A DNA stretch of 64,000 bases from Heptranchias perlo (taxonomy: Eukaryota), in the NCBI RefSeq assembly GCF_035084215.1, contig NC_090357.1, positions 9,610,001-9,674,000 on the forward strand, written 5' to 3'. Position 1 is the first letter of the stretch, and each line of letters starts with the position of its first letter. The notes below the pieces were generated by a model that worked only from the letters and a program-made list of their open reading frames with translations, did not search any database and was not told the DNA's origin. Positions 25,956-38,878 of the stretch are shown here, piece after piece. Made by a program: the position numbers and the translations under genes.

Positions 25956-26605
25956 GTACAGTGCTGAGGGAATGCAGCATTGCCGAATGAGATGTTAAAC
26001 CAATGCTTTGTCTGACTGTTCTGGTGGATGTTAAAGATCCCAAGGCACTTTTTTTTTGTAAAAAAAAAATGCAGGTTGTTCTGGCTAAAAATCATCCAAT
26101 CAAAAAATTGTTCAACTGGTCATTAATCTTATTGCTTTGTGTGGGACCTTGCTACATGCAGAATAGCTGCTATATTTGCCTACAAAAACAACACTGACTG
26201 TATTTTAAAAAGTAATTAATTGGCTGCGTAGCACTTTGGGCTGTGAAAGGTATACAGATATCCAATATATTCTACCACCATTTTACACCATCCAATAAGA
26301 ACTTCTAAGCGTGCTAAGTAAAGCAGAAGAGGGGGGATTATAATAGAAGCATTTCATATAAATGGGTTGACATCTCCCATTAAAATAGTAGGCAATGGAA
26401 TGTTAAAAGTTAAGTGTTTGTGCTAATATCGCCAAAGGTAATTTACAGCATTGAATGTTATGATATTAAAATGGCTGTAACATTTCATCAAGTGCCTGCA
26501 CTTCACTTAGCAGATATTATAATGAGGATTAAGAAAACCATGTTCACACACAGGTACTTGTAAAAGACACTGAACACTAAATGTATTAGCCTGTTAATCA
26601 CCTAC

Positions 26606-26809
26606 CTATATCCTGTGCTTGTGTAGCCATAATAATGAGTGCAGTCAAACGGATGAACTTTACTCAAAATTAACCCTGCTCTTGCAGCCATGGCAACTAT
26701 TTGCCAGCTGTTGTGCCATTCTCGCATTGGTTGATCAGCGGGGGTCCCACCCTGCCCCCTGCATAGGGTAACATAAACATCACCTTTTGAAGATAGAATA
26801 CCTGTGCAA
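26606..26809 (-). CDS. FDXACB1: FDXACB1 coding exon 3
   Basis: ttttcag|T...AG|gtagg, 204 nt. CTGILSSKGDVYVTLCRGQGGTPADQPMREWHNSWQIVAMAA...TGYR (DUF2431/BMT5-like domain). Confidence 0.94.
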
Positions 26810-28514
26810 CTGAAAAAAGACAGAATAATATCATTACTGCTGTCTGCAAATGGAACAACATTCAACTGAGGACACTGAAGAGAAGCAAAAGGCTACATTA
26901 AACAAGCATGAATCACTTTATTTAAATTCAGAAATGCAGGTGAAAGGCCAAGGCCCAAAATTCAGGACGGCACAAAAAGTTGAAAAAAGTATCACTGTAA
27001 ATGAGTGATTTGGCGATGCGAAGCTTAGATTTTAAAAGCCTGAAGATTGTGGAAGGAAGCCGGTGAGCTCTCTCCGTTTCAGCTGGCTGGCGGGATGTTA
27101 TTGAGGCCCGACCGTTAACATGGAGCAGGCCTCCCACTGCAGCTCCCAGAGGGCTGGCCTGCCCACTCCTCCCCTTCCCGGCCAGGCGTTAAAACTCCCC
27201 CCCAGGAATGTCTGCATTTCCACCTAATTGGTGTCAGACCTAAATTCATTTGTTCCCTGATTGTACATTCCTTTTGTCATAATAGACCATTTGCAGAACA
27301 AAACTAGCCATTGCGCCAAATGGCTCTCAGTTGAACTCTTAATTGACTTTTGCAAATAAAATGTATTTTCATCGGCAGAATGACCTGTCCATTCAACTGA
27401 ATATTAAAGCCATGGATCTCGTCTGCAGTGGCTTGTGTACTTTGCACTAAAATAACAACTGTGGCGGTAATCAAGATTTGAAGTGACTGCCGATTTCCTA
27501 CGCATACATATTAAAAATAGACTTATCATTAATGAATAAACTCCATATTTATCAAAGTGCATGCATGGGAATGAAGCGGGAAACCTAAAAATCTTAATTT
27601 AAAAACATTTGTTTTTCAGTTCAAGGGTCTTTTTGCTGATAATTAATGAACGTTGCCTAGAGAGAATTAGATGTTATTTAACCATGCATTAATATTGTTG
27701 CAAACCATAACTCTTACATTTGAATTACAGACGCACCAAGTCTCAGACAGTCAGTATATATTCATGAAAAAATGTGACCTCATGCTGTGTGTGTTACTGA
27801 AAAAATAACTTGCATTTCTATAGCATTTCATGATGTCAGGACATCCCAAAGAGCTTTACAGCCAATTAAGTACTTTTGAAGTGTAGTCACTGTTGTAATG
27901 TAGGAAACGTGGCAGCCACTAGCAGTAAGATTAGCCCTTACTCTATTCATTATCTCCGATCATAGCTTTTCTCGTCTTTTTCTAATGATCTTACTTGGGC
28001 AAAACTCCAATTACCCAATATATACTTCAGTTCCAAATATGCATCTTCCAGGTTAGTCTTCTGTCCTGAGATTGCCATCTAAGTCTCTTCCCAATGTATA
28101 CTTGTATAGTTACAAGTATTGTTCACCCACAAACTAATGTACATAGTGATGCAATCTCAGAATGACTTCCCCATTACCCACACTATCATTGTCCATCATG
28201 GATACCTCCTATAGGTCACGTTAACTGAGCCTGGCATGGTGGTACAAGCAGGCTATGAACTAGAAAGTCATGGGTTTAGATAGCAGGCTTGGTCATCACT
28301 CCAGTTCATCTAACTCAGGCAAGCAAGTTGTTAGTTCTCAGCTAAGTTATTTAGCATCCATTTCAGATAGTGGAAAAACTGACACGGTCTGCCCCATCTT
28401 ATTCTTACTGGTTGAGTGAATGAAGCCTTGAAGAGGTTTGTCACTGTGACTGTGCCCTAGCCTGTCCCCTTGTCTTTCCCATCCCCTTCACCCCATACAT
28501 ATCGCAAACACAGT

Positions 28515-29113
28515 ACCACAGCATATGAGGAGGCCATTCGGCCCATCGTGCCTATACCGGCTCTTTGAAAGAGCTATCCAATTAGTCCCATCCCCTGCTC
28601 TTTCCCCATAGCCCTGTAATTTTTTTTCCCTTCAAGTATTTATCCAGCTCCCTTTTGGAAGGTACTGTTGAATTTGCTTCCACCACCCTTTCAGGCAGTG
28701 CATTCCAGATCATTACAACTCGCTGCGTAAAAAATTATTTCCTCATGTCGCCTCTGGCTCTTTTGCCGATCACCTTAAATCTGTGTCCTCTGGTTGCTGA
28801 CCCCTCTGCCACTGGAAACAGTTTCTCCTTATTTACTCTGTCAAAACCATTCACGATTTTGAACACCTCTATCAAATCTCCTCTAAACCTTCTTTGCTCT
28901 AAGGAGAACAACCCAGCTTCTCCAGTCTTTTCACATAACTGAAGTCCCTCATCCTTGGTACCATTTTAGCAAAATCTCTTCTGCACCCTCGCTAAGGTCT
29001 TGACATCCTTCCTAAAATGTGGTGCCCAGAATTGAACACAATACTCCAGCTGAGGTCAAACCAGTGTTTTATAAAGGTTCAGCATAACTTCCTTGCTTTT
29101 GTATTCCATGCCT
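28515..29113 (-). mobile_element. CR1-class LINE 3' fragment
   Basis: Reverse complement of CR1 C-terminal coding sequence and 3' UTR. Confidence 0.88.
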
Positions 29114-29358
29114 CTGTTTCAGTTTCAGAAAGATACAAATGGCCTGAAAATATAGAACAACAAAACATACATCTAAATAAAAACACACACAAAAAAGTGA
29201 CTAAGGTTGCTAATAGCTCCAGATGAACTAAAATAATGACTGTGGTTGTAACCATGTAGCCAACCTGGGAACACCCAGTGCAATCACTGGACACTAAGCA
29301 GAAAAATGTTTAATCCAACACTGGATGTTGTAGACTTTGATACACATCTTGAACTCAC

Positions 29359-29515
29359 CTCAGAAAAAATTTAGCCATTAGGTCTCTGTTCTTTTTCACC
29401 CCAGCCTTCTTGCCGCAATGAGGGAAATTGAAGATAATCCTGTCAAACAGCCTACCTTTCAAGCATGGACATTCCTGGAGGTTGGTACAGTCCACTTGAA
29501 AGTAAACTTCTGCTC
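29359..29515 (-). CDS. FDXACB1: FDXACB1 coding exon 2
   Basis: ttcag|GA...AG|gtgagt, 157 nt. AEVYFQVDCTNL...FDRIIFNFPHCGKKAGVKKNRDLMAKFFL. Confidence 0.95.
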
Positions 29516-30920
29516 CTGAAGGATAATGGTCAAGGCGTGCTGCATTAATATGCTGCTGCAATCAGTTCCTGTCTCCCATGTACATTATGTGACAGGTTTA
29601 GAGCATAGCCGATACCCGTTTCATTATCATATAAACTGGAAAGGACTAAGTTTGCCAAGCACAAACTATAATCTTCAAAGCTGTACATTAGAGATATGCT
29701 ATCTTATGTTGAATCCAGCTACAGTTACAATATACAATCTACCTATAATTATATTAAAATTAGCAGGTACGTCATATTACCATACCCTGTTATGCCTCTA
29801 CATGGCACCTCGATAGGATTTCCCATTATTCCCATAAGTTGCAACCTGTCACGGGCTCACAGTCACACCAGTAAGTTCAGCTATAGGGCTACCATATTGC
29901 TCACTGTAGCTATGTCAAATAGTTTCAAAGAAACTTTTTTCTTTCTCTATTTATTCAGTATAACTTCATGTAATTAGGTAAGTTTGAATAATTATGAATC
30001 CTGGTGCATTACACTATGTTACACTGAACAGTGCTAAGACTGATACTGTAATTTTGAACAATGTTATTTAAATTAAATCCAGCAAATGCTGAGCTTTAAA
30101 TTCTGTATCGAAATTATTGTCCTTTTTGTGATCATTACATTGTCATTATGTTTGACTGTGTTTAAATGATGAAATAAAGTAGATGTTTTAATATATCCCC
30201 TTTGTGACCCATTAATCCTTAATATGCCTGGGGTGAGATAAGAGTTAAATGGCACGTCAACCAAACTGTAATGCTTCCTGTTCGTGACTGAACTACATGA
30301 GATTTTTGTCGTTGAATTATTTTAAATAGGAAAATTTAAGCATCAAATTAGGTTATCACAATAAAACCCAAGGTACAAACATAATTCCCAATCTATCTTG
30401 CTGCAACTGGATATCTCCTTTTAAAACAATTTAGAGTAGTGTCTTGTCATCTTAAGTGGTAATCAGATCCATCAAAAGCATTTAAGTTAAACTGATTACT
30501 GTTTACAGTATGTCTCAAATCCTAACTATGTGTAAACTAGCAGCGAAACAGCAAGTGTTGCTAGGCAGTCCTGAGGCCAAAATTATTGAAGACATGAACT
30601 GGAAGTTACATCATAAAGTAATTCTGGTGTTGAAGCCTTACAGTATTGTCTGTAACTCCTTTGTCGATGTCCTAAATCAATATCTCAAACCTTACAATAT
30701 TACTTTTCATCTACTAAGCATCATCACTTTCTGAAAATTAATTTGGATGAAAGGTGCTACCAAACATTAAACCAATCGTTCTCATTCAGATGCTGAATGA
30801 CCTGCTGTGAACTTTTGAAGTTTTTAATTTCAGATTTCAGTATTTGCAATTTTTCTTTTGGTTGTCACTCTCACTGCACGCCAAACAACTGCCCCCTCCC
30901 CCAACACGACCTCCCCTTAC

Positions 30921-31095
30921 CTTTTTCTAACAAGTGGGCAATATTTTTCATTGCACTTCCGTGTTTAGTTATTTCTTTTTCACTTTCGAAGCAGGTTGCA
31001 GTGGTCTGGGTGTCTCTATCCACGTGATCACACAGGGTAGCAGAAAAGGAGAAATTCCCCTCGCCCACAAGCAAGGTGCTGCCTCCCCGCCTCAT
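30921..31095 (-). CDS. FDXACB1: FDXACB1 coding exon 1
   Basis: MRRGGSTLLVGEGNFSFSATL (LLVGEGNFSF signature of DUF2431); G|gtaagg donor. The five exons total 1926 nt, giving 641 aa in frame. Confidence 0.94.
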
Positions 31096-31479
31096 TGTAT
31101 ATTAGCAGCCTGAAAAGACAATAACAGGTGAACATTTCAAATACCTTCTGTAATATATTAAAAGCCATACACGCTGCAAGTGGTGTGTCCATCATTAATG
31201 AGTCTGTGATCAGTGATGGAACCTTTACTCTCCAATCATTTCTTTCTGTTATTTTTTGTGTGGATGTTGTACTTTCATTTCACACACCCAGTCAACATGT
31301 AACATGGTAAGATGCAGTGTCAGGCTCCCCTCTACACCTCATGAGCAAAGAGATCACCTCCTTGCACCCAGTGCAACACTGCAATCATGCCACCTTGCCC
31401 ATTAGTGTAACCCCGAATAATAGGGCGAGTTTTTTTGTGTGCAATGGGTCCAGTCCAGGAAGAATTTGCCTCATCCTCC

Positions 31480-31810
31480 ATCCCCTCCCACTCTGTCCCC
31501 GCACAGCTCTGGGAAGCCACACTTCCCCCCCTCCCAGCCTCGGCGTCTCCCTCACCCAAAAACCAGCGTGATTTTTTTTTCAATAAACCTCCGAGGCCAA
31601 GCGCAGCTCCGCACCTTCCAGACAGACCGCAGCGCAACTACCGAGCCGGCCCCGTCCCACCTGTGGGAGCCCTAGAGCACCGAGGGCAGCAACAGGGCCC
31701 CGACCATCGCCAGGGTCTTTCCCCAACAACTTACCCGCTAGAAAAACAGCGACACAAGCCGCTTGTGGTGCAGCGAGCAAAGGACAGGTTGTAACCAGGC
31801 CGCCTCTCTC
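31480..31810 (-). promoter_or_regulatory. CpG-rich FDXACB1 promoter with probable non-coding first exon (donor at 31735)
   Basis: GC/CpG-rich patch, consensus CGG|GTAAGT donor on the minus strand, and a matching acceptor tcttttcag|G 14 nt upstream of the ATG (exon starts 31109). Confidence 0.65.
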
Positions 31811-32539
31811 CTCATTATTTGTTATGTAATTCCAAACCAACGCATTTATTTATTTCCAGCCGCTCGATTATTCATTTCCAGCTGCATCTCTTCCTTTCAA
31901 ATCGTTTATTTCCTTCCTTCTCGTTCTTTACTCTTCCATTTCTTTCTTTCAAGCCTAGCCCACTCCTGTTTATTTGGCATCTGAACTCTCATTTATTTAG
32001 CTCCTCTCTCGACCACACATCTCATGCTTATTTCTTTGCACATCCTACCACCAGCCTCCACTACCCAACTATCACAGATACTACCCAATCCATTCAACTC
32101 TGTAACCCACACCACAACCACTATATAACTATACATTCTGTCCTACAAACCATAAAGCCTGTACTCATACTAAAGCGGTATTGTTCAATATGTTCGCCAC
32201 TAGACACATGCGGCTAATTGGAAATCCAGATGTGGCCAATTGCATTTTTGATTTGTAAAAAAAAAATGAGCAATAGACACTGTCATTGGGCAGGTGATCT
32301 CAATGCCCTCATTCACACCGCATTTGCGTTTGTTGGTAAAATGGTAAGATGAAAAGCAAAGGAAACACCAGCAACATTGAATGGAGAGGGGAGCTGCCAT
32401 CATGCTCGCCTCAAATAATCAGAATAGGTGCTCCAGGCCAGCGGAAGAAAGCAAGCTCAACTAATAATGAACCGCTCTACAGGGCACGTCATGGCAAAAG
32501 GGAAGCAGCATACAACCACATTCTGGATGGAGAGCAGGG

Positions 32540-32897
32540 GTTTTTTATTATTCATTTGTGGGATGTGGGCATCGCTGGCAAGGCCAGCATTTATTGCCCA
32601 TCCCTAATTGCCCTTGAGAAGGTGATGGTGAGCCGCCTTCTTGAACCGCTGCAGTCCGTGTAGTGGAGGTTCTCCCACAGTGCTGTTAGGAAGGGAGTTC
32701 CAGGATTTTGACCCAGCGACCATGAACGAACGGCGATATATTTCCAAGTCAGAATGGTGTGTGACTTGGAGGGAAACATGCAGGTGGTGTTGTTCCCATG
32801 TGCCTGCTGCCCTTGTCCTTCTAGGTGGTAGAGGTCGCGGGTTTGGGAGGTGCTGTCGAAGAAGCCTTGGCAAGTTGCTGCAGTGCATCCTGTAGAT
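32540..32897 (-). mobile_element. LINE (CR1/L2 group) 3'-end fragment inserted in the minisatellite
   Basis: Minus-strand WNSLPNSTVG...RFKKAAHHHLL and 3' tail; related tails at about 3190-3295 and 16680-16820. Confidence 0.8.
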
Positions 32898-33990
32898 GGG
32901 TCTGGATGGAGAGTAGAGGTGGGTCTGAATGGTGAGCAGGGGTGGGTCTGGTTGGAGAGTAGGGTGGATCTGGATGGAGAATAGGGGTGGGTCTGGATAG
33001 AGAGCAGAGGCAGATATGGATGGAGAGTAGGGGTGGGTTTGGATGGAGAGTAGGGGTGGATCTAAATGGAGAGAAGGTTGGGTCTGGATGGAGAATAGGG
33101 GTGGGTGTGGATGGAGAGCAGAGGTGGGTCTAGATGGAGAATAGGGGTGGGTGCGGATGGAGAATAAGGGTGGGTCTGGATGGAGAGCAGAGGCGGATAT
33201 GGATGGAGAGTAGGGGTGGGTCTGGATGGAGAATAGGGGTGGGTCTGGATGGAGAGCAGAGGCGGATATGGATGGAGAGTAGGGGTGGGTCTGGATGGAG
33301 AGTACGGGTGGATCTGAATGGAGAACAGGGTGGGTCTGGATGGAGATCAGTGGCAGCTCTGGCTGGAGAGTAGGGGTGGGTCTGGATGGAGAGCAGGGTG
33401 GGTCTGGATGGAGAGTAGGGATGGGTCTGGATGGAGAATAGGGGTGGGTCTGGATGGAGAGTAGGGGTGGGTCTAGATGAAGAGCAGGGTGGGTCTGGAT
33501 GGAGAGCAGAGGCAGGTCTGGCTGGAGAGTAGGGGTGGGTCTGGATGGAGAGCAGGGTGGGTCTGGATGGAGAGTAGGGATGGGTCTGGATGGAGAGCAG
33601 GGTGGGTCTGGATGGAGAGCAGAGGCAGGTCTGGCTGGAGAGTAGGGGTGGGTCTGGATGGAGAGTAGAGGTAGATATAGATGGAGAGTAGGGGTGGGTC
33701 TGGATGGAGAGTAGAGGTAGATATAGATGGAGAGTAGGGGTGGGTCTGGATGGAGAGTAGAGGTAGGTCTAGATGGAGAATAGGGGTGGGTCTGGATGGA
33801 GAGCAGGGTGGGTCTGGATGGATTATAGGGGTGGGTCTGGCTGGAGAATAGGGGTGCATCAGGATGGAGAGCAGGGTGGGTCTGGATGGAGAGCAGAGGT
33901 GGGTCTGGCTGGAGAGTAGGGGTGGATCTGGATGGAGAATAGGGGTGGGTCTGGATGGATAACTGGGGCTGATCTGGATGGAGAGCAGTG
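32896..33990. repeat. Minisatellite, 21-24-bp units of GGGTGGGTCTGGATGGAGAGTAG
   Basis: Dozens of variant units are visible. One orphan unit lies at about 32522-32540, on the far side of the LINE fragment. Confidence 0.95.
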
Positions 33991-34742
33991 GCTAGTCTGA
34001 TGCATCTTACTGTGCGAGTCAACATTCTCAGCATGAAATCTGATAAAGTCAAGGTACCACTCACAACTGCTGGACAAAAACTTAGGGACTAAGATGTGCT
34101 GTGTCTGATAAATTCATGCCCAAATTCCAAGCTTTGGTGAAAGTGAGACTGCAAAGGTTCATATTGAATGGTGGTAGATGTTTAAGTAAATATACACGTG
34201 AAGTACATTTACCTGTATTGTTTGTAAGGTGTTTTCTACTAAAATCAGTGCATGTGGCTAAACCTGTGTCTCTGTAGTCACACCTGTGGCTAGCCAGCGA
34301 TTTCTATTCATTTTATTTACATTTTAATTGTTTATTTTAGTGCAACAATATTACAGGAATAAAGTTACTCCTGACATTGGGGCGTTGTTGATTATGCCAT
34401 ATTAGAGTTTGTTTCAGTGCGGCAGTGGATAAAATAAAATTCCGGGAAAAAAAAAACTGGCCACCTCTTTGAACCAGGAATCACTGAAGTTGTCGGCAGA
34501 ATGAAGGTTAACAGCCGGGACTCTGCTAATGTTTCACATTTCCACAATGGGCCAACTCTAACTATCGGTGTAACAAACAAATGACAGAATGAATCAAACA
34601 CGGAGTTGAAGTTCAGATGAATCATCTAAAAAGATACATAGTTGTGGGGAATGCGCGCAATAAATCGCCTGGGAGTGTGACTCACTCTGCCGGCTCTGTG
34701 ATGTAATTAACAAAACGACTGGGGTACCAGTCGCAGCGTCCC

Positions 34743-34756
34743 GTTACCAAGGCAAC
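34743..34756. promoter_or_regulatory. RFX X-box upstream of CFAP68
   Basis: GTTACCAAGGCAAC fits the RFX palindrome GTTNCCNNGGNAAC. It lies about 95 bp upstream of the ATG in a CpG-rich patch. Confidence 0.75.
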
Positions 34757-34851
34757 CGATACATCGCCTGCTGCTCAGGTTCATTGCAGCCCCATCATTC
34801 ACGCTGCACGGCGCTGCTGTACGAGACCCCCCATTGCACTCACACTCCACA

Positions 34852-35055
34852 ATGTTGGACCCCTACCGGTCCCTATTGCTCTCGGACCGAGCACTGTGCC
34901 GGGTTTACCAGAATTTACCGAACTTGTTCGGATTGGACGATGCTCACAGCAGTGACGGAGATAACCGCTATAACGTGAAGACTCTCATTGCAAAATGGTA
35001 CGAGGAGAGGTGTGGGCTGGATGAAATCAAGAAAATGAAGCCTTTGCCATCGCCG
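34852..35055 (+). CDS. CFAP68: CFAP68 (C11orf1) coding exon 1
   Basis: MLDPYRSLL...RYNVKTLIAKWYEERCGLDEIKKMKPLPSP aligns to recalled human YSNRTLMGNWNQERYDLRNIVQPKPLPSQ; CCG|gtaatc donor. The start codon is less certain. Confidence 0.82.
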
Positions 35056-35254
35056 GTAATCAGTGTTTTACTCGGCTTCCTTCGTTGTTGTAGACTAGTT
35101 TTGTTTGGCAGGGAGGATAACAATTCAATTTGAAATATATCCTAAAATAAAGTGTGTGTGTGTGGGGGAGGGAAGTGACATTCTCCGTAACGTTTACAAC
35201 CTTGTACGTAAAGTTTGCTTTTTTTCACTTTAAGAAGTGGAGGATATTTTTCTC

Positions 35255-35700
35255 TGTGTTGGCCGTGGCTTGATGGTAGCACTCTCGCCTACTAATTAGA
35301 ACGCTTGTAGTTCAAGTCCTATTTGAGCACAAAAATCTAGGCTAACACTCCAGTGCAGTACTGAGGGAGTGCTGCACTGTCGGCAGGTGCCATCTTTCAG
35401 TTGAAACATTAAACCAAGGTCCTGACTGCCCTCTCACGTGGACCTAAAAGATCCCTTAGCACTATTTTGAAAAAAAGCAGGTGAGTTCTCCCCAGTGTCC
35501 TGGCCAATATTTACCCCTCAACCAACATCACTCAACCGATTATCACATTGCTGTTTGTGGAACCTTGATGTGCGCAAATTGGCTGCCGCATTTCCTACAT
35601 TAGAAATGTGACGACACTTCAAAAGTATTTTATTGGCTGTAAAGTGCTTTGGGATGTCAAGGTCATGAAAGGCGCTGTATAAATGCAAGCCTTTCTTTTC
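35255..35700 (+). mobile_element. Near-complete DeuSINE (SacSINE1-like)
   Basis: tRNA-like head (TGGC..GATGG A-box, GTTCAAGTCC B-box), Deu-domain-like core (AAAGATCCC...GGCCAATATTTACCCCTCAACCAACATCAC), and L2-type tail TATAAATGCAAG. Other copies at 25955-26260, 27805-27920 and 37835-38070. Confidence 0.8.
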
Positions 35701-35997
35701 TGAAGCGCAAAAATCCAGGATTATAATGTATCGTTTCTCAATTATAATAGTACACTGATTTATTTTCAAGTAATAAGTGTAAGCTGAAGATTAACACTTG
35801 ATATACTTGTATTGATTGCATCACAATCATAAGTCTGACCTTTCAGTATTCTCCTCTACTCTCTTGAAGCTGCTGATCCACAGGGTACAGATCCACAGGC
35901 ATCTCTAGTACTTAGCCTAAGTCATTATTCTTCATGTATGAACCTAGATAGTGACTGTGAACTGGCGATTGGACCTGGGAAACAACATCACGGCTGA

Positions 35998-36542
35998 CTT
36001 TATTTAAGGAAGGACATACTTGCATTGGAGGCAGTTCAGAGAAGGTTCACTAGGTTGATTCCGGGTATGGAAGGATTGTCTTATGAGGAAAGATTGAACA
36101 GGTTGGGTCTATACTCATTGGAGTTTAGAAGAATGAGAGGAGATCTTATTGAAACATACAAGATTCTGAGGGGACTCGATAGGGTAGATGCTGAGAGGAT
36201 GTTACTCCTCATGGGGGAATCTAAAACTAGGGGGCATAGTCTCAGAATAAGGGGTCGCCCGTTTAAGACGGAAATGAGGTGGAATTTCTTCTCCCAGAGG
36301 GTCATGAATCTTTGGAATTCATTAGCCCAAAAAGTTGTGGAGGCTGAGCCATTGAATACATTCAAGGCTGAGTTAGACAAATTTTTGATCAGCAAGGGAG
36401 TCAAAGGATATGGGGATAGGGTGGGAAAGTGGAGTTGAGGTAAAAATCAGATCAGCCATGATCTCATTAAATGGCGGAGCAGGCTTGAGGGGCCGAATGG
36501 CCAACTCCTGCTCCTATATCTTATGGTCTTATGGTCTTATGG
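35998..36542 (+). mobile_element. CR1-class LINE 3' fragment inserted into an older SINE
   Basis: ORF 36025-36438 (QRRFTRLIPG...NFFSQRV.NLWNSL) and (ATGGTCTT)n tail. The flanks are two halves of one SINE. Confidence 0.92.
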
Positions 36543-38598
36543 ACCCCAATCCTCAATGTCCATAAACATGCACTTTCCAAGCTGGAATATCAGCCACATG
36601 CAGGAACCCTCGATGATTCTTCCTCTCCCCAGTACATGGCACTAGGCCCAATTGTAGTGCACTTACTGTCACCATGATGAGATCGTATCAACGAGATGTC
36701 ATCACATGTCAATCACATGAAGCATCCTCAACATCTGGCGACACGAGGTCCACCAATGACAAAAAAAGCAGCAAAATGGAATAAAATTGCTCCGACAACT
36801 TCCACCTGACCAGTGTCCACACCTACGTCTGGAAAATGCAGTCTACAACCTTCGGTGGCTCCCTTCCCTGCCACAACACCCACTGCAATCCCAACTGAAA
36901 AAAATATATAAAAAGAGAGTGCAAAGAAATAGAAGAACACATTCAGAGAAGCACAAACAAAGAGAAAGGGAGAGAATCAGATGAGAAGGGTAAGATAGAC
37001 AGGGAAGAGGGGGAAGTCAGAAAGGGAAGCAGCAACATGATGATGGCAGTGACGTGTAAGAGGTCAACCAAATACCACGACTTACCATAAACAATGTCAC
37101 AGGAGATGTGTTAGTATCTTATAGAATAAATAGACACATAGGACTGATTTGAAAACCGTAGCCTAACCTCAGGCTTTGGATGACATAGACCGTTAGAGCA
37201 AATTTGGATTGAGGAGAAGCATATCTTATAATGTCACTTAGGTTCTTAATATCATTCCCATCTATATATTAATTTAAAAGATAGTTAGGTGTCACGCCTG
37301 AGTCAGCATTTTAGCAAATTTCATTGGCCAACACTAATTAACTGACCTTTCAAACATTAGTGTTGCTTTCTAAAAATCTCACTGGCCAATAGTGACTATT
37401 CTGATAGTTATGTGTTTGATTTTCACGACTCTGGACCAATGCCAGTACAGGTGCTAGGCTGGGACGGGGATTCAGTGGCTTCACTTTATACAGTAATGGC
37501 TCTGGCCTCAGTGCTGGGCTCTGCTTTTAACACACTGTGCTGCAGTGGCCTCTCGCTGTTTTTGCTTCTGCCTCTCCTGCCCTTAATCCATCTGCTAGAA
37601 CAGCCGCCTGTATGTGAATAAGCTTCCCTCACCACCTCCAGACACAACTGTAACCAGCATCCACTTGTATTCCCTATTGAGGCCTTCAGCAGCCTTTTCT
37701 ATGACGTCAGAAGTGACCCAGCCTCAGCTTGGTGTGACACAAAGTGTCATTGACATTGAAGTAACAGGTGTAGCAGAGATAATGGGAGAGAAAACAGGCA
37801 TCAGGAACATGTATATAAAGGGAGTCTAATAAAGAAAGAAAGACGTGCATTTATATAGCGCCTTTCATGATCTCAGGATGTCCCAAAGCGCTTTACAGCC
37901 AATTAAGCACTTTAGAAGTGAGTCACTGCTGTAATGTAGGAAACATGGCAGTCAATCAGCGCACAGCAAGTTCCCACAGACAGCAATATGATAATGACCA
38001 GATCATCTGTTTTTGGTGGTGTTGGTTGAGGGATAAATATTGGCCAGGACACCGGGGAGAACTCCCAAGACAAAATGATGGCAGTAGGGACAATAGAAGA
38101 GTAAGGATAGACATAGTGTCAGGCCCAAGCAGAGACTGAACAGGGTATAGCACAGAGAAAGAAAGTACAAACAGACTTGAACCTGCAGGCAACACCATAG
38201 AAGATTCACTGGTATCTTAAAATGATTTGTGAAACCATGTTAAAAATTCTAGGCATCATACATTAAGCCCACAGTGGTAAAATGAGGTAAAACAACAATT
38301 GACAATACAAACACTTTGTAAATGGCACTGGGGACTGAATTCAATGCATTAAATGGAAAATCTTTTCCAATTATTGTACAAATTGCTCCTCCAAATTAAA
38401 AGTTGCTTAGTTCATATCATCTGATAATTCATTTTTTTGTTACTAAATTCCCACTTTGCTGTGCTATTTCTGGTTGCTTAATTTAAATGATTGGATAATT
38501 CATTCTTTTTAGCACAAAAATGACTTTGAATTATCAGGAGTAGATAGTATTAGACAAACAGTGAAATTATTTATATATTTAGCTTGCTTTTCTTGCAG

Positions 38599-38662
38599 TA
38601 CTCACATGCCTATAAGACGATATATGGAGATTCATATAACAAGGAGGAGAAACGCTGTAGAT
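38599..38662 (+). CDS. CFAP68: CFAP68 coding exon 2
   Basis: tttcttgcag|TAC...AGAT|gtaagt, 64 nt, phase 0-1. YSHAYKTIYGDSYNKEEKRCR resembles human FGHYFETTYDTSYNNK. Confidence 0.88.
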
Positions 38663-38878
38663 GTAAGTGATAATGGATACTTCATCATACAGTTAAAAAT
38701 GTAAGCAAAAAAAAATGTAAGCAAATACTAAGTACCCTTTCTCACAGATTGAAGAGATCAGTGTTACTGATACTAGTTACAGGGCCATTGTATTTTGACA
38801 TTGCAATGCTTATCAAGACTTTTCGAATTCTCACAAATAAATTTTATCTAATAAATGAATGCCAACCTTTATAAAACC

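Noticed and set aside
32896-33990. CRISPR-like appearance of regularly spaced repeats
   Set aside because: The units are contiguous with no unique spacers, there are no cas genes, and the context is vertebrate.
32604-34064. 486-aa ORF with LSIQTHP/PSRPTP repeats
   Set aside because: Translation of the minisatellite plus a LINE tail, with no independent coding evidence.
35255-35330. tRNA gene suggested by A- and B-box motifs
   Set aside because: It is the degenerate head of a SINE and has no cloverleaf.
36730-36750. ACATCTGGCGACACGAGG resembling an LTR end plus primer-binding site
   Set aside because: No upstream LTR or downstream gag-like ORF could be recognised.
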